Shown in pieces: positions 30,157 to 39,250 of a stretch of 64,000 bases of DNA (position 1 is the first letter of the stretch; each line of letters starts with the position of its first letter). This DNA comes from Oceanispirochaeta sp. (GTDB taxonomy: Bacteria > Spirochaetota > Spirochaetia > DSM-2461). The notes under the pieces are model-generated. The model ran no database searches. It was not told where the DNA came from and saw only the letters and a program-made list of their open reading frames with translations. Location of the stretch: contig CAXXOA010000002.1 of the NCBI GenBank assembly GCA_963666275.2, positions 1,632,001-1,696,000 of the forward strand, read 5' to 3'. The translations under genes and the position numbers were made by a program.

Positions 30157-31332
30157 GTGAAAAAAATCGTAACAGTTTTACTGACAGTCGCACTGAGTTT
30201 TTCTCTTTTTGCGAACGGACAGCAGGATGCCGCTTCATCCATGAGCGAGGAAGAAAAATCCGCCAATCTGAGTGCTTCCAAAGCCATTGATATCTCAGAC
30301 GTCCGGGGCAGCGACGGTCAGCTTCTTCTCATGTACGGAGATACAAGACCGGTACCTCCCAAACCCGCCGACAAAGAAATGGCCGATCTGTGGAACCTGG
30401 AATATGCAGGACGTCAGACCAAAAAACTTCCCCTGCTGGAATCTCCCGCAGACGGAATCATCGGAAAGAAAATCATTATGATCATGCAGTCCGAGCATCC
30501 CTACTGGACAGCCGTTGCCAACGGATCCAGAATGGCCTGTGAAGCCTTCATGGCTGATTTCGAAATGTGGAACCCCAACGGCGACCTGAATCAGCAGAAC
30601 CAGTTTGTTGACAGAGCCATTGCCGAAGGCGCCGACATGGTACTTCTGGCTCCTCTCGATGCCAAAGCCGGTGTTCAGCAGTTCAAAAAACTCTACGATG
30701 CCGGTATCCCCGCTATCGCCTACAACATGATCCCCACCGATGAAGCTATGAGATACGTTCTTGCCATCACCGCTCCCGACGATTTCGGACAGTTCAAAAT
30801 GCTGGCTGAATACATGGCTCAGGATGTGGGCGGAAAAGGCGGAGTCGGGTACATAACCCATATCCCCGGAGGATCTCCCTACTTTTCAAGAACAACCAAT
30901 GTTATCAACTATCTGAAAGAAAACTATCCCGAAATGGACGCTCTTGATGTTCAGTCTCCCGGATTCGATGCTCCTAAAACAAAACAGGTTGTGGCCGACT
31001 GGATTACCCGGTTCGGTGATGAACTGACCTGTATCGTTCTGGCAGATGACTCTGCTCAGGCTCTGGGTGCTACCCAGGCTCTGGAAGAAGCCGGAAGAGA
31101 CGATGTATATGTGATTGCCGCCGGAAACTCCAAAATCGGAATGGACCTTGTGAAAGCCGGTAAAATCAAAGCCATCACCTATCAGTCTGCCGAAGCGGAC
31201 GGTGCTGTTCCCATTAAAGTGGCCGCCGACTATTTCAACGGTGTCGATCTTGGACCCAATGCGGCATTCTACCTTCCCCAGGCTGTTATTACTCCTGAGA
31301 ACGTAGACGACTACATGCCCGCTCAGTGGTAA
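30157..31332 (+). CDS. Sugar ABC transporter substrate-binding protein
   Basis: AAGGAG RBS, signal peptide ending FANGQQD, RbsB-like HPYW and ITYQS motifs. Confidence 0.9.
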   Translation: MKKIVTVLLTVALSFSLFANGQQDAASSMSEEEKSANLSASKAIDISDVRGSDGQLLLMYGDTRPVPPKPADKEMADLWNLEYAGRQTKKLPLLESPADGIIGKKIIMIMQSEHPYWTAVANGSRMACEAFMADFEMWNPNGDLNQQNQFVDRAIAEGADMVLLAPLDAKAGVQQFKKLYDAGIPAIAYNMIPTDEAMRYVLAITAPDDFGQFKMLAEYMAQDVGGKGGVGYITHIPGGSPYFSRTTNVINYLKENYPEMDALDVQSPGFDAPKTKQVVADWITRFGDELTCIVLADDSAQALGATQALEEAGRDDVYVIAAGNSKIGMDLVKAGKIKAITYQSAEADGAVPIKVAADYFNGVDLGPNAAFYLPQAVITPENVDDYMPAQW

Positions 31333-31363
31333 TCGCCCTGAGTCACTGACTTGTAAAAAAGCT

Positions 31364-31391
31364 GGGAGGCGGCCGCAGGCTGCCTCCCTTT
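31364..31391 (+). terminator. Intergenic hairpin after the SBP gene (partial terminator or mRNA stabiliser)
   Basis: GGGAGGCGGCC-GCA-GGCTGCCTCCC followed by TTT. Confidence 0.65.
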
Positions 31392-31428
31392 CGCATCGGA
31401 ATAATAAAATGCATTTGGGAGTAAAAAA

Positions 31429-32952
31429 GTGGGAGATCCGACAGTCGCATTGCGGATGGAGAAGGTTAGTAAAAGATTCCCCGGTACTTTAGCTATCAAT
31501 AAAGTGGATTTTGAAGTACGGGCCGGAGAAGTGCATGCCCTTATGGGTGAGAACGGAGCCGGAAAATCCACTCTTATGAAGATCCTGGCCGGTTCCTATC
31601 CGGATTATACAGGACAGATCTATATTGGTTCACAGGCCGTACAGCTTTACACTCCCTCCCAGGCGAAATCCGTCGGGGTGGGAATGGTCTATCAGGAATT
31701 GAGCATCGCTTACAACCGGAGCGTCATGGAGAACATGTTCGCCGGGAATATTCCTAAAAAAGGGCTTTTTGTCGATGAAGCCAAATTGAAAGAGAAAACA
31801 AGAAAATCTTTGAAAAAAGTCAGACTGGATGAGAAAATCAACCCCGAAGCCATGATGAAAGATATCAGCCAGCATGAACAGCAGCTGATTGAAATGGCCA
31901 AGGTTTTAAATAATCACCCCTGTATCATGGTTATGGATGAGCCCACATCGGCTCTCTCCAACGAAGAGGTGAAAATGCTTTTTGAGATCATTAAAGAGAT
32001 CAAAAAACAGGGTGTGGCGGTTGTCTATATATCCCACCACCTTCCCGAAGTGTTTGAAGTGGCCGACAGGGTGACTGTTCTCCGGGACGGTCAGAAAATC
32101 GCCACCTGCGATATTGAGGATGTCACACAGGCGCAGCTTGTGGAAATGATGGTGGGTCAGAAAGTGGATGATTTCTACAAACAGAACAGCCACAGCAAAG
32201 GGGAGAAGGTTCTTCAGGTTAAAAATCTGACCCATTACGGCTTCATCCACAACATATCCTTCGACCTCTGCAGAGGGGAAATCCTGGGGGTTATGGGGCT
32301 GGCCGGTTCGGGAAGAACCGAACTGGGACGCTGCCTTGCCGGAGCCGACAGGGTGGATTACGGAGAGGTTATTCTGGAGGGAAAAGAAGTAAAGATCCGG
32401 AACATGAACCAGATGATGGAAAAAGGCGTCTCATATCTGAGTGAAAACAGAAAAACCGAGGGGCTTGCCCTGAGGCTTTCCAATAGAGAGAACCTGCTCT
32501 CCTCCATTATTGACAGACTCTCGGTGAAGGGAATCTTCAAACCCCGCAAAGGGGATCCCATTGTGAAGGAACTCTACGAAAAACTGAGTATCTATCCGCC
32601 GGATCCGACTGTGGGAACTTCCAACCTGTCCGGAGGGAACCAGCAGAAAATCCTTCTGGCAAAGTGGCTTTCGGCCAAGCCGAAAGTTCTGATCCTGGAC
32701 GAACCCACCCGGGGTGTGGATGTGGGAGCGAAAAAGCTGATCCACGAAACCATAGTAAAACTGGCCGAAGAGGGAATGGCTGTGCTGCTCCTTTCCTCGG
32801 ACCTGCCCGAGCTGGTCTCCCTATCCGACCGTGTGACTGTTCTCAAACAGGGCCATATGATCGGAGATCTCACCAAGGACGACGGATTTGATGAGAATAA
32901 AGTCCTTTTGGCCGCCAACGGCGACAGGAGTGTGTTAAGTGTTGAGTACTAA
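31429..32952 (+). CDS. Sugar ABC transporter ATP-binding protein (RbsA type)
   Basis: GENGAGKST, MDEPT, LSGGNQQK, LDEPTRGVDVGA. Confidence 0.95.
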   Translation: MGDPTVALRMEKVSKRFPGTLAINKVDFEVRAGEVHALMGENGAGKSTLMKILAGSYPDYTGQIYIGSQAVQLYTPSQAKSVGVGMVYQELSIAYNRSVMENMFAGNIPKKGLFVDEAKLKEKTRKSLKKVRLDEKINPEAMMKDISQHEQQLIEMAKVLNNHPCIMVMDEPTSALSNEEVKMLFEIIKEIKKQGVAVVYISHHLPEVFEVADRVTVLRDGQKIATCDIEDVTQAQLVEMMVGQKVDDFYKQNSHSKGEKVLQVKNLTHYGFIHNISFDLCRGEILGVMGLAGSGRTELGRCLAGADRVDYGEVILEGKEVKIRNMNQMMEKGVSYLSENRKTEGLALRLSNRENLLSSIIDRLSVKGIFKPRKGDPIVKELYEKLSIYPPDPTVGTSNLSGGNQQKILLAKWLSAKPKVLILDEPTRGVDVGAKKLIHETIVKLAEEGMAVLLLSSDLPELVSLSDRVTVLKQGHMIGDLTKDDGFDENKVLLAANGDRSVLSVEY

Positions 32953-34027
32953 TGCTATCAAAGTAAACGATGTAAGAAAAACAAAGCAGAATTCGGTCAC
33001 TGTTCTGATCAATAAATTCGGTGTTTTCTTCATGATCCTGGTTCTGGCTCTGATCGGGATGATCGTCTCTCCCGGATTTCTGAGCAGTACGAACCTGCTG
33101 AATATTCTGAATGCCGTATCCTATCTTGGAATCGTTGCGGTAGGTATGGGGTTTGTTATCTACTGCGGCCAGTACGGCGACCTCTCCATTCCCATGACCA
33201 TGGCTCTGACCGGGGTCATCAGTGTGGAGTTTATGCGCTACGGTCTGGTTCCGGCTTTCCTTATGGCTATCCTGACGGGTGTGGTGATCGGTATGATCAA
33301 CGGGTACATCATCGGTAAGTTCCGGACCAATGCCATTATCTGGACCCTGGCAATGAACTTCATCCTGGAAGGCCTTGTCAGATGGTCCTACAAGGGAACC
33401 CAGATCTATCCGGATATGGCCACGGCAAAAACCTATGAGACCGGTTTTTTCCTCCCCATCCTCTATAAACTGGACAAGCATATCCTGGATATAGATCTTG
33501 TCTCCCGGGCGGCTGTTTTCAACGGACTGGCCACCTCCTATCCCCTGGGGATCCCCCTGGTGCTCTACATCATGATCATTATGATGATCCTGGGGTATGT
33601 CATCATGGGCAAAACCACCTTCGGTAACCAGCTCAGGGTTGTGGGATCCAGTTTTGACGTGGGTAAAATGTCGGGCATCAATACAACCAGAACAGTTATG
33701 CTGGCCTTTGTCATGTCCTCCTTCTTTGCCTCCATCGCCGGAGTATTCATGACCTCCCTGAACCAGGTAGGAGCTTTCTACATCGGACAGGGCTACGACT
33801 TTCAGGCGGTTACCGCCATTATCCTGGGCGGTATGAGTCTGGCCGGAGGGCGGGGCAGCATGATCGGTGTGTTCGGCGGTGTCTTCACCCTGGGGCTGAT
33901 CAGCAACATTCTTACACTGATCGGGATCGGTACATTCACTCAGAAAATGATTACCGGTCTGATTTTTATCATAGTGGTGGCAGTGAATGCCAGATCACTG
34001 AGAAAGTTAGGACGGGATTATGCTTAA
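32939..34027 (+). CDS. Sugar ABC transporter permease
   Basis: DLS, T.FG, GYDFQAVTA..LGG.SL.GG.G. Confidence 0.92.
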   Translation: MLSTNAIKVNDVRKTKQNSVTVLINKFGVFFMILVLALIGMIVSPGFLSSTNLLNILNAVSYLGIVAVGMGFVIYCGQYGDLSIPMTMALTGVISVEFMRYGLVPAFLMAILTGVVIGMINGYIIGKFRTNAIIWTLAMNFILEGLVRWSYKGTQIYPDMATAKTYETGFFLPILYKLDKHILDIDLVSRAAVFNGLATSYPLGIPLVLYIMIIMMILGYVIMGKTTFGNQLRVVGSSFDVGKMSGINTTRTVMLAFVMSSFFASIAGVFMTSLNQVGAFYIGQGYDFQAVTAIILGGMSLAGGRGSMIGVFGGVFTLGLISNILTLIGIGTFTQKMITGLIFIIVVAVNARSLRKLGRDYA

Positions 34028-35126
34028 TTTGAAAATCAGAGACAAAAACGAGTTGATCAATTCGATCAACCACAACAGGATCTATATTTTTCTGGTTCTT
34101 GTGGTCATTATCATGTCCATCGGTTCCCATGGATTTCTGAAATCCACAAACATTGCTCCCATGATCAAAACCAGTCAGCTCTTTATGATGGTGGGAATTG
34201 GATTTACCTTTGTTATGATCGGAGGGAACTTCGACCTTTCCATCGGATCCATCATCAATGTGGGCGCTGTTATGGTCATGGGTGAGTTCAACCGCTTCTT
34301 CTATCTTTTCGGAGGAGATGCGGGGGGGACCGCCGCGGTGGTGTGGGCCTGGATTTTCGCTTTTATCATTGCCCTGGCCGCGGGATCTCTGGCGGGACTG
34401 ATCAACGGACTGTTTGTAGCCAAAGGGAAGGTTCACTCCTTTATCGTTACCATCGGTATGCTCACAGCCCTGTCGGGGTTTGTCTATACCTACTCCAAGG
34501 GAAACACCATCAGCGCCGACAGCTATCTGCTGGTGGATGTGATTGAAAAGCCATTCCTCAAGCTTCCCTATCTGGAAATCCTTACATGGAGATTTCTGAT
34601 CGTCGCAGTGGCTATAGCCTTTTTTGAGGTCCTTCTTATGAAAACCCGCTGGGGTAAGGATCTTTTTATGGTGGGCAGCAACACGGAAGCCGCCTGGCAG
34701 GCCGGGATCAATACAGACAGAAAAATTATTTGGAGCTTTGTTATTTCCGGTTTTACCGCTGCCTTCGGAGGGATTCTCTTTGCGGTATCCATGAATGCGG
34801 CGGTTCCCAACTACGGAGAGCGGGGAATCAACCCCCTTATGCTTGTCATCGCATCCACCATTATCGGCGGAACCGTTATGACTGGCGGATTCGGCTCTGT
34901 AGTGAAAACTGCTGTGGCGGTGATCACCATACAGGCCATTTTCAACGGTCTGATCGGTATGGGGCTGGGATTCGATTCCCAGGTTCTGGCGGCGGGAATC
35001 CTTCTGGGAGTCGTTGTTCTGGGTGAGGCTTATGCCCTTTACAAACAGGCTCTGAAAAGAGGAGAACGGCCTGCCCTTTTAAAAGAGGCGGAGCTGCTGA
35101 GAGCTGCGGCAAAAGGAGAAGCCTGA
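34020..35126 (+). CDS. Sugar ABC transporter permease
   Basis: FDLSIG, SFIVT, VGSN.EAA..AGI, IIGG..TGG.GS. Confidence 0.92.
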   Translation: MLNLKIRDKNELINSINHNRIYIFLVLVVIIMSIGSHGFLKSTNIAPMIKTSQLFMMVGIGFTFVMIGGNFDLSIGSIINVGAVMVMGEFNRFFYLFGGDAGGTAAVVWAWIFAFIIALAAGSLAGLINGLFVAKGKVHSFIVTIGMLTALSGFVYTYSKGNTISADSYLLVDVIEKPFLKLPYLEILTWRFLIVAVAIAFFEVLLMKTRWGKDLFMVGSNTEAAWQAGINTDRKIIWSFVISGFTAAFGGILFAVSMNAAVPNYGERGINPLMLVIASTIIGGTVMTGGFGSVVKTAVAVITIQAIFNGLIGMGLGFDSQVLAAGILLGVVVLGEAYALYKQALKRGERPALLKEAELLRAAAKGEA

Positions 35127-35449
35127 TGAAACGGTTCGGACAGGTTATTAAAGTCAAACCGGAAGAAAAAGAGAAATATGTCTACCATCATGCCCATGCC
35201 TGGCCGGAAATCAACGCCATGATCAAAGAGTGCCATATTCAAAACTACTCGATCTATCTGAAAGACGATTTTCTCTTTGCCTACATGGAGTATACCGGAT
35301 CAGATTTTGAAGGGGACATGGCCAAAATGGCCGCAGATCCCAAAACGCAGGAGTGGTGGGATCTTGTCAAACCCTTCCAGGAGCCCCTGGAAACCCGGAA
35401 AGAGGGGGAATGGTGGGCCGATATGGAAGAGGTCTATCACCTGGACTGA
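35126..35449 (+). CDS. L-rhamnose/L-fucose mutarotase (RhaM/DUF718 family)
   Basis: Y...H...WPE, I.NYSIY, LFAY.EY.G.DF..DM.KMA.DP.TQEWW, WW..MEEV.H. Confidence 0.9.
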   Translation: MKRFGQVIKVKPEEKEKYVYHHAHAWPEINAMIKECHIQNYSIYLKDDFLFAYMEYTGSDFEGDMAKMAADPKTQEWWDLVKPFQEPLETRKEGEWWADMEEVYHLD

Positions 35450-35457
35450 GAGCTCCT

Positions 35458-35534
35458 GCTGTAGTCTGTAAGGGCAATTCATGAATTGCCCTTACAACTA
35501 CAGCCTTTACACCTGCAGCCCTTACACCTGCAGC
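35458..35534. repeat. REP-like perfect palindrome plus 3 x 15-bp tandem repeat
   Basis: TGTAAGGGCAATTCATGAATTGCCCTTACA (35467-96) inside GCTGTAGT/ACTACAGC arms. Units CCTTACAACTACAGC, CTTTACACCTGCAGC, CCTTACACCTGCAGC (35490-35534). Confidence 0.85.
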
Positions 35535-35543
35535 TTGCGGCTC

Positions 35544-35945
35544 CTACTCGCAGCTGCCGTCCTCGCAGTCCTTCAGGAGTATTTCCAGTGCTCCGATGGA
35601 CATCCCTACTTCTTTTATGGACAGTCCCAGAGATATGAGAAGGCAGATCAGGCTCACCGCAAATGTTATCTCTCCCACCCCAAGCAGATCTAAAAAGACA
35701 AGAAGCATGGTTGCCACACAGAGAAAAAAGGCGACAACTCCGAAGATCTGCATCTGCCGGATCAGATAGACCCGGGAGCGCAGATTCTCTATCTGAAGTT
35801 TGAAACTCTCTCTGTGATCCCCCGCATCTTTGGCATGAAGGTCCCGGATCAGTCCGGCAATAGTCAGATACCGGTTCGTATAGGCCAGAAGCAGCAGCGA
35901 TATGGCCGGAAACAGCAGCGCCGGCGTGGTCAGTGTAAATTCCAT
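35544..35945 (-). CDS. DUF2721 family membrane protein
   Basis: LTTPALLFPAISLLLLAYTNR.L.IA.LIR.LH, QI.NLR.R..LI..MQ..G. AGGAG RBS before ATG 35945. Confidence 0.85.
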   Translation of the reverse strand: MEFTLTTPALLFPAISLLLLAYTNRYLTIAGLIRDLHAKDAGDHRESFKLQIENLRSRVYLIRQMQIFGVVAFFLCVATMLLVFLDLLGVGEITFAVSLICLLISLGLSIKEVGMSIGALEILLKDCEDGSCE

Positions 35946-36003
35946 GGTTCTCTCCTGAATTGGTACAGGTTGACCCTGTATAACCCATAATGTACACAAA
36001 CCG

Positions 36004-36087
36004 CCCTGTAGGGGCAATTCATGATATCCCTGTACGGGCAATTCAGGATATCCCTGTAGGGGTCATTCATGAATGACCCCTACAGGG
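36004..36087. repeat. REP-like cluster: two 24-bp partial units plus a 36-bp perfect palindrome
   Basis: CCCTGTAGGGGCAATTCATGATAT, CCCTGTACGGGCAATTCAGGATAT, then CCCTGTAGGGGTCATTCATGAATGACCCCTACAGGG (36052-87). Confidence 0.88.
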
Positions 36088-36922
36088 AATCCAGATTATC
36101 CCGGCGGTACTGCAGGGGGGATTTCCCCGTGTGCTTTTTGAAAAAACGGGAGAAGTAGTACTGATCCTTGAACTTCATGGCAAAGGCGATCTCTTTGATG
36201 GTTTTGTCCGAGAGGAGCAGATATTCCTGGGCCATCATCACCAGGGTCTTGTCTATATAGCTTTTAATGGAGTAACCCGTATCCTCTTTCAGGCTCCGGT
36301 ACAGGGTGGACTGGGAGTAGTTCACCATTTTTACCACTTCCGAAACCTGCAGTTCGGCTGAACAGTTTTCATTGATATACTTGAACAGGGGTTCGTACTT
36401 GATGACCCGCTCCATATGGGGGCGGATATCCATGCCGTACCGGACGATATACCTGGCAATAATCCCGTAAAGGGCGCTTTTGAACAGAACAATACTCTCA
36501 GGGGATTCCCGGCGGACCACATCCAGCAGGCTGCGGATCGAGTCTTCCGGTTCATCCAGGATCATGCACTCTTTCTTCCCGTCAAATATATCCACGCCCC
36601 TCATGAAATGGACTTTGAAGTGGATAAAAAACTGTATCAGCCGGGGATCGCTGGCGTAGGACCAGGTGGAGTTGGCGGGGATGAGATAGATTTTTCCGGG
36701 AACCAGAGGAACAGTCTTTTCGGAGTTGTAAACCTTCCCCCTTCCGCTGAGGATAAAATAGAGTCTGTGGAAAGGGGAGGTTATCTCTTTATGAATCCAG
36801 TCTTCTTTCAGGTCGCACTGGCCGTGTATCAGGCTTTCAATGGTCAGGTTATTCATTATGAAATCAAAATTCTCTATCTGCGAGATACTCTGATTGTCAT
36901 AACGGGTCAGTCGCATACCCAC
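36080..36922 (-). CDS. AraC family regulator (cupin-like sensor domain; start uncertain)
   Basis: RLYFILSG.G, IKEIA....F.DQYYFSRFFKK.TG.SP..YR. Confidence 0.9.
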   Translation of the reverse strand: MGMRLTRYDNQSISQIENFDFIMNNLTIESLIHGQCDLKEDWIHKEITSPFHRLYFILSGRGKVYNSEKTVPLVPGKIYLIPANSTWSYASDPRLIQFFIHFKVHFMRGVDIFDGKKECMILDEPEDSIRSLLDVVRRESPESIVLFKSALYGIIARYIVRYGMDIRPHMERVIKYEPLFKYINENCSAELQVSEVVKMVNYSQSTLYRSLKEDTGYSIKSYIDKTLVMMAQEYLLLSDKTIKEIAFAMKFKDQYYFSRFFKKHTGKSPLQYRRDNLDSL

Positions 36923-36931
36923 ATTTTATTC

Positions 36932-37960
36932 TTAACTGATGCTTTTGAACAGAGCTTCAATATTTTCAGGGGGGATATCCGGCAGGATCGCTTCGTGGCT
37001 GGGAGACAGGACCAGTCCCGTGGGAAAGATCGTTTTCAGTTCTTTCACTTTGGCTGCCACATCCTGGCTTGAACCGTTCACAAGCAGGTACTGGGCGTCC
37101 ACTCCGCCGCAGAAAGCCACTTTATCACCGAACTCCTCTTTCAGGGACTGGGGTTCCATTCCCGCTGCCAGGGCCTGGATGGGATGGATCACATCCACAC
37201 CGGTTTCTATAAGATCCCCGATGATATCCCTGATGGCGCCGCAGGAGTGATGGATCACTTTAAGGCCGTAGCTGTGAGCCTGCTCCACCAGTTTCCGGGT
37301 GCCCGGCAGAACCAGAGTCCGGATCAGTTCGGGTGAAAGCATCAGTCCCTGCTGGCTCCCCAGATCGTTCCCGATAAGGACCGCATCCAGTTTGCCTCTG
37401 GTGGCTTCGTAGAAGATCTCATTGGCTTCCAGGTAGAAGTTAAGGATCCTGTTGATCACAGCTTCAAACATATCCGGTTCCAGGACCATTTTCATAAGGG
37501 CTGTTTCCATTCCGAAGGCGGCGCAGGCATCCTGAAAGTGGGCCGACCAGATCACACCCAGAACGGCTTTGTCTTCCGGAGCGGCTTCCACTGCTTTGCG
37601 GCACTCCTCGGGATCGATGTATTTTTTAGGATCAGGCCAGTCGAAATCATCGATTTTCGAGGGGTCTGAATAGTCTTCGAAAAAGCCGGGAGCCGTCAGG
37701 GTCCTCTCCTGCTCATCCCCTTCGAAATCCTTGGCAAAGTCAAAGGCCGCATAGATGGCGTTGCTTGTGGGGGAGTGGTAGGGCAGTTCAATGGGATAGA
37801 TATCGTCATTGATAGCATAAGTCATTTTCTCAATGTCTTTTATTTTAAAATAGCTTTTCAGGTTTTCCTGAGCGTCAGGCACGGGAAGTCCCAGCCAGCT
37901 GGCGGGATAATCTACCGGTTTTTTCTCGATTGTGGCAAAAAACCTCTCTTTGTGAGTCAT
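36932..37960 (-). CDS. UroD/MtaA-CmuA superfamily protein (putative methyltransferase)
   Basis: THKERF, DWPDP, GNDLGSQ, HHSCG, IHPIQ, F.GGVD.Q, PSHE..PD.PPEN. No RQAGRY motif. Confidence 0.88.
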   Translation of the reverse strand: MTHKERFFATIEKKPVDYPASWLGLPVPDAQENLKSYFKIKDIEKMTYAINDDIYPIELPYHSPTSNAIYAAFDFAKDFEGDEQERTLTAPGFFEDYSDPSKIDDFDWPDPKKYIDPEECRKAVEAAPEDKAVLGVIWSAHFQDACAAFGMETALMKMVLEPDMFEAVINRILNFYLEANEIFYEATRGKLDAVLIGNDLGSQQGLMLSPELIRTLVLPGTRKLVEQAHSYGLKVIHHSCGAIRDIIGDLIETGVDVIHPIQALAAGMEPQSLKEEFGDKVAFCGGVDAQYLLVNGSSQDVAAKVKELKTIFPTGLVLSPSHEAILPDIPPENIEALFKSIS

Positions 37961-38056
37961 GTCATCTCTCCTTTGATTGGCATGACTCTATTGTAAGCCG
38001 GACTGGTCAGAACACAATGGACAGAATCTTTCGGGAGATGTACTTATTCGTCAGTC

Positions 38057-39250
38057 CTACCATTGGGCCGGGTAGAAACTCTCCACGTCAGATGCTGTGA
38101 TGATGTGCTTGGGCAGATAGGAAACGGGTTTGAGGCTGACTCCGTTGAGATACTGGGCCGCCGTGTAGGCCGCCAGGGCTCCATCCCCTTCGGCTGACTG
38201 ATAGGTTATGGCCGCCACATCACCGCTTTTGACAGCATCCATACCGATCCGGGAATTCCCGGCTGCGACTATGACAATATCCTCCCTGCCGGCCGCATGA
38301 ACAGCCTCCAGGGCTCCGGTCATGGAAAAACCGTCTCCCGCTAGTATCAGGCCGTTCAGCTCATTCCCGTATTTTGTTATCCAGGAGGAAACAAGCTGCA
38401 TGGTTCCCTCTGCTTCCAGATTGGCCGTATCCATTTCCAGAAGCTTCATATCCGGGGCATACTCGGAAAGCTCCGTAATAGGAGCATAGGACCGGGCAAA
38501 AAACGGCGAAGCTCCGGGCATATGGCGGATAATGGCATAATTCCCCTTCCTGTCCAGCCTGTCCGCCAGGTCCCGGGCCAGCATCCGGAACTGTCCCCAG
38601 TCATCCGGGCCCGTCCAGGCGATACAGAAGCGCATAGCCTCGTCTGTGGGGATTGTATTGGAGGCAATCAGGGGAATCCCGGCTTTGGTGATCTTCCGCA
38701 TCAGAGGGGTACAGGCCGTGGCGTCCACCGGGGCGATCACAATAATATCGGGTCTGTGGTTTATGGCCTGATCTGTCTGCTGGGCCTGGAGATCAATATT
38801 CCAGTTGGAATTGAGGACCTTCACATCCATCTGATAGGCTTCGGCAACCGCCTGGAAACCTCTGATATAGGCCGTCCAGTAGGGATGGTCACCGGCTTTC
38901 AGCAGGATCAGGCTCTTCCCCATGGCTCCTGTCCGGGGAGAAGGAGGGAAGGGGGCCTTTTCGGTATGCCATCCCGCATACTCTATGTCCCACCAGTGAC
39001 CCGCATCGCTCTCGGGCAGGCTCCGGGGATCTTCCGGCCGGGGCGGTATGGGCTTCTCCTCGCCGGGCTGAATCAGGAAGTGTCCGTCCGTTCCCTTCAG
39101 GTCCAGTACATTGACTCCCAGGGACTTCTTCAGATTGTCGGCCTTTACGGACTGACTCTCTTCTCTTCCTCCGCATCCTGTGATCAGCAGCAGGGCGCTC
39201 AGGCACAGCAGGATCATTCCAGTCTGGGCGGGATGTTTCATCTTTTTCAT
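38057..39250 (-). CDS. Sugar ABC transporter substrate-binding lipoprotein
   Basis: Lipobox ITGC. Paralog of 30157-31332 (HPYW, PDDWGQF, ITYQSAE.DG, C-terminal PAQW). Confidence 0.9.
   Translation of the reverse strand: MKKMKHPAQTGMILLCLSALLLITGCGGREESQSVKADNLKKSLGVNVLDLKGTDGHFLIQPGEEKPIPPRPEDPRSLPESDAGHWWDIEYAGWHTEKAPFPPSPRTGAMGKSLILLKAGDHPYWTAYIRGFQAVAEAYQMDVKVLNSNWNIDLQAQQTDQAINHRPDIIVIAPVDATACTPLMRKITKAGIPLIASNTIPTDEAMRFCIAWTGPDDWGQFRMLARDLADRLDRKGNYAIIRHMPGASPFFARSYAPITELSEYAPDMKLLEMDTANLEAEGTMQLVSSWITKYGNELNGLILAGDGFSMTGALEAVHAAGREDIVIVAAGNSRIGMDAVKSGDVAAITYQSAEGDGALAAYTAAQYLNGVSLKPVSYLPKHIITASDVESFYPAQW

Noticed and set aside
35479..35997. ORF ending in CRCKGCRCKGCSCKG, resembling a Cys-rich metal-binding peptide
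   Set aside because: It is a translation of the 15-bp tandem repeat in a frame overlapping DUF2721.
36004..36087. Possible CRISPR array or mini-array
   Set aside because: Units are contiguous with no unique spacers and no cas genes are nearby; fits REP-like palindromes.
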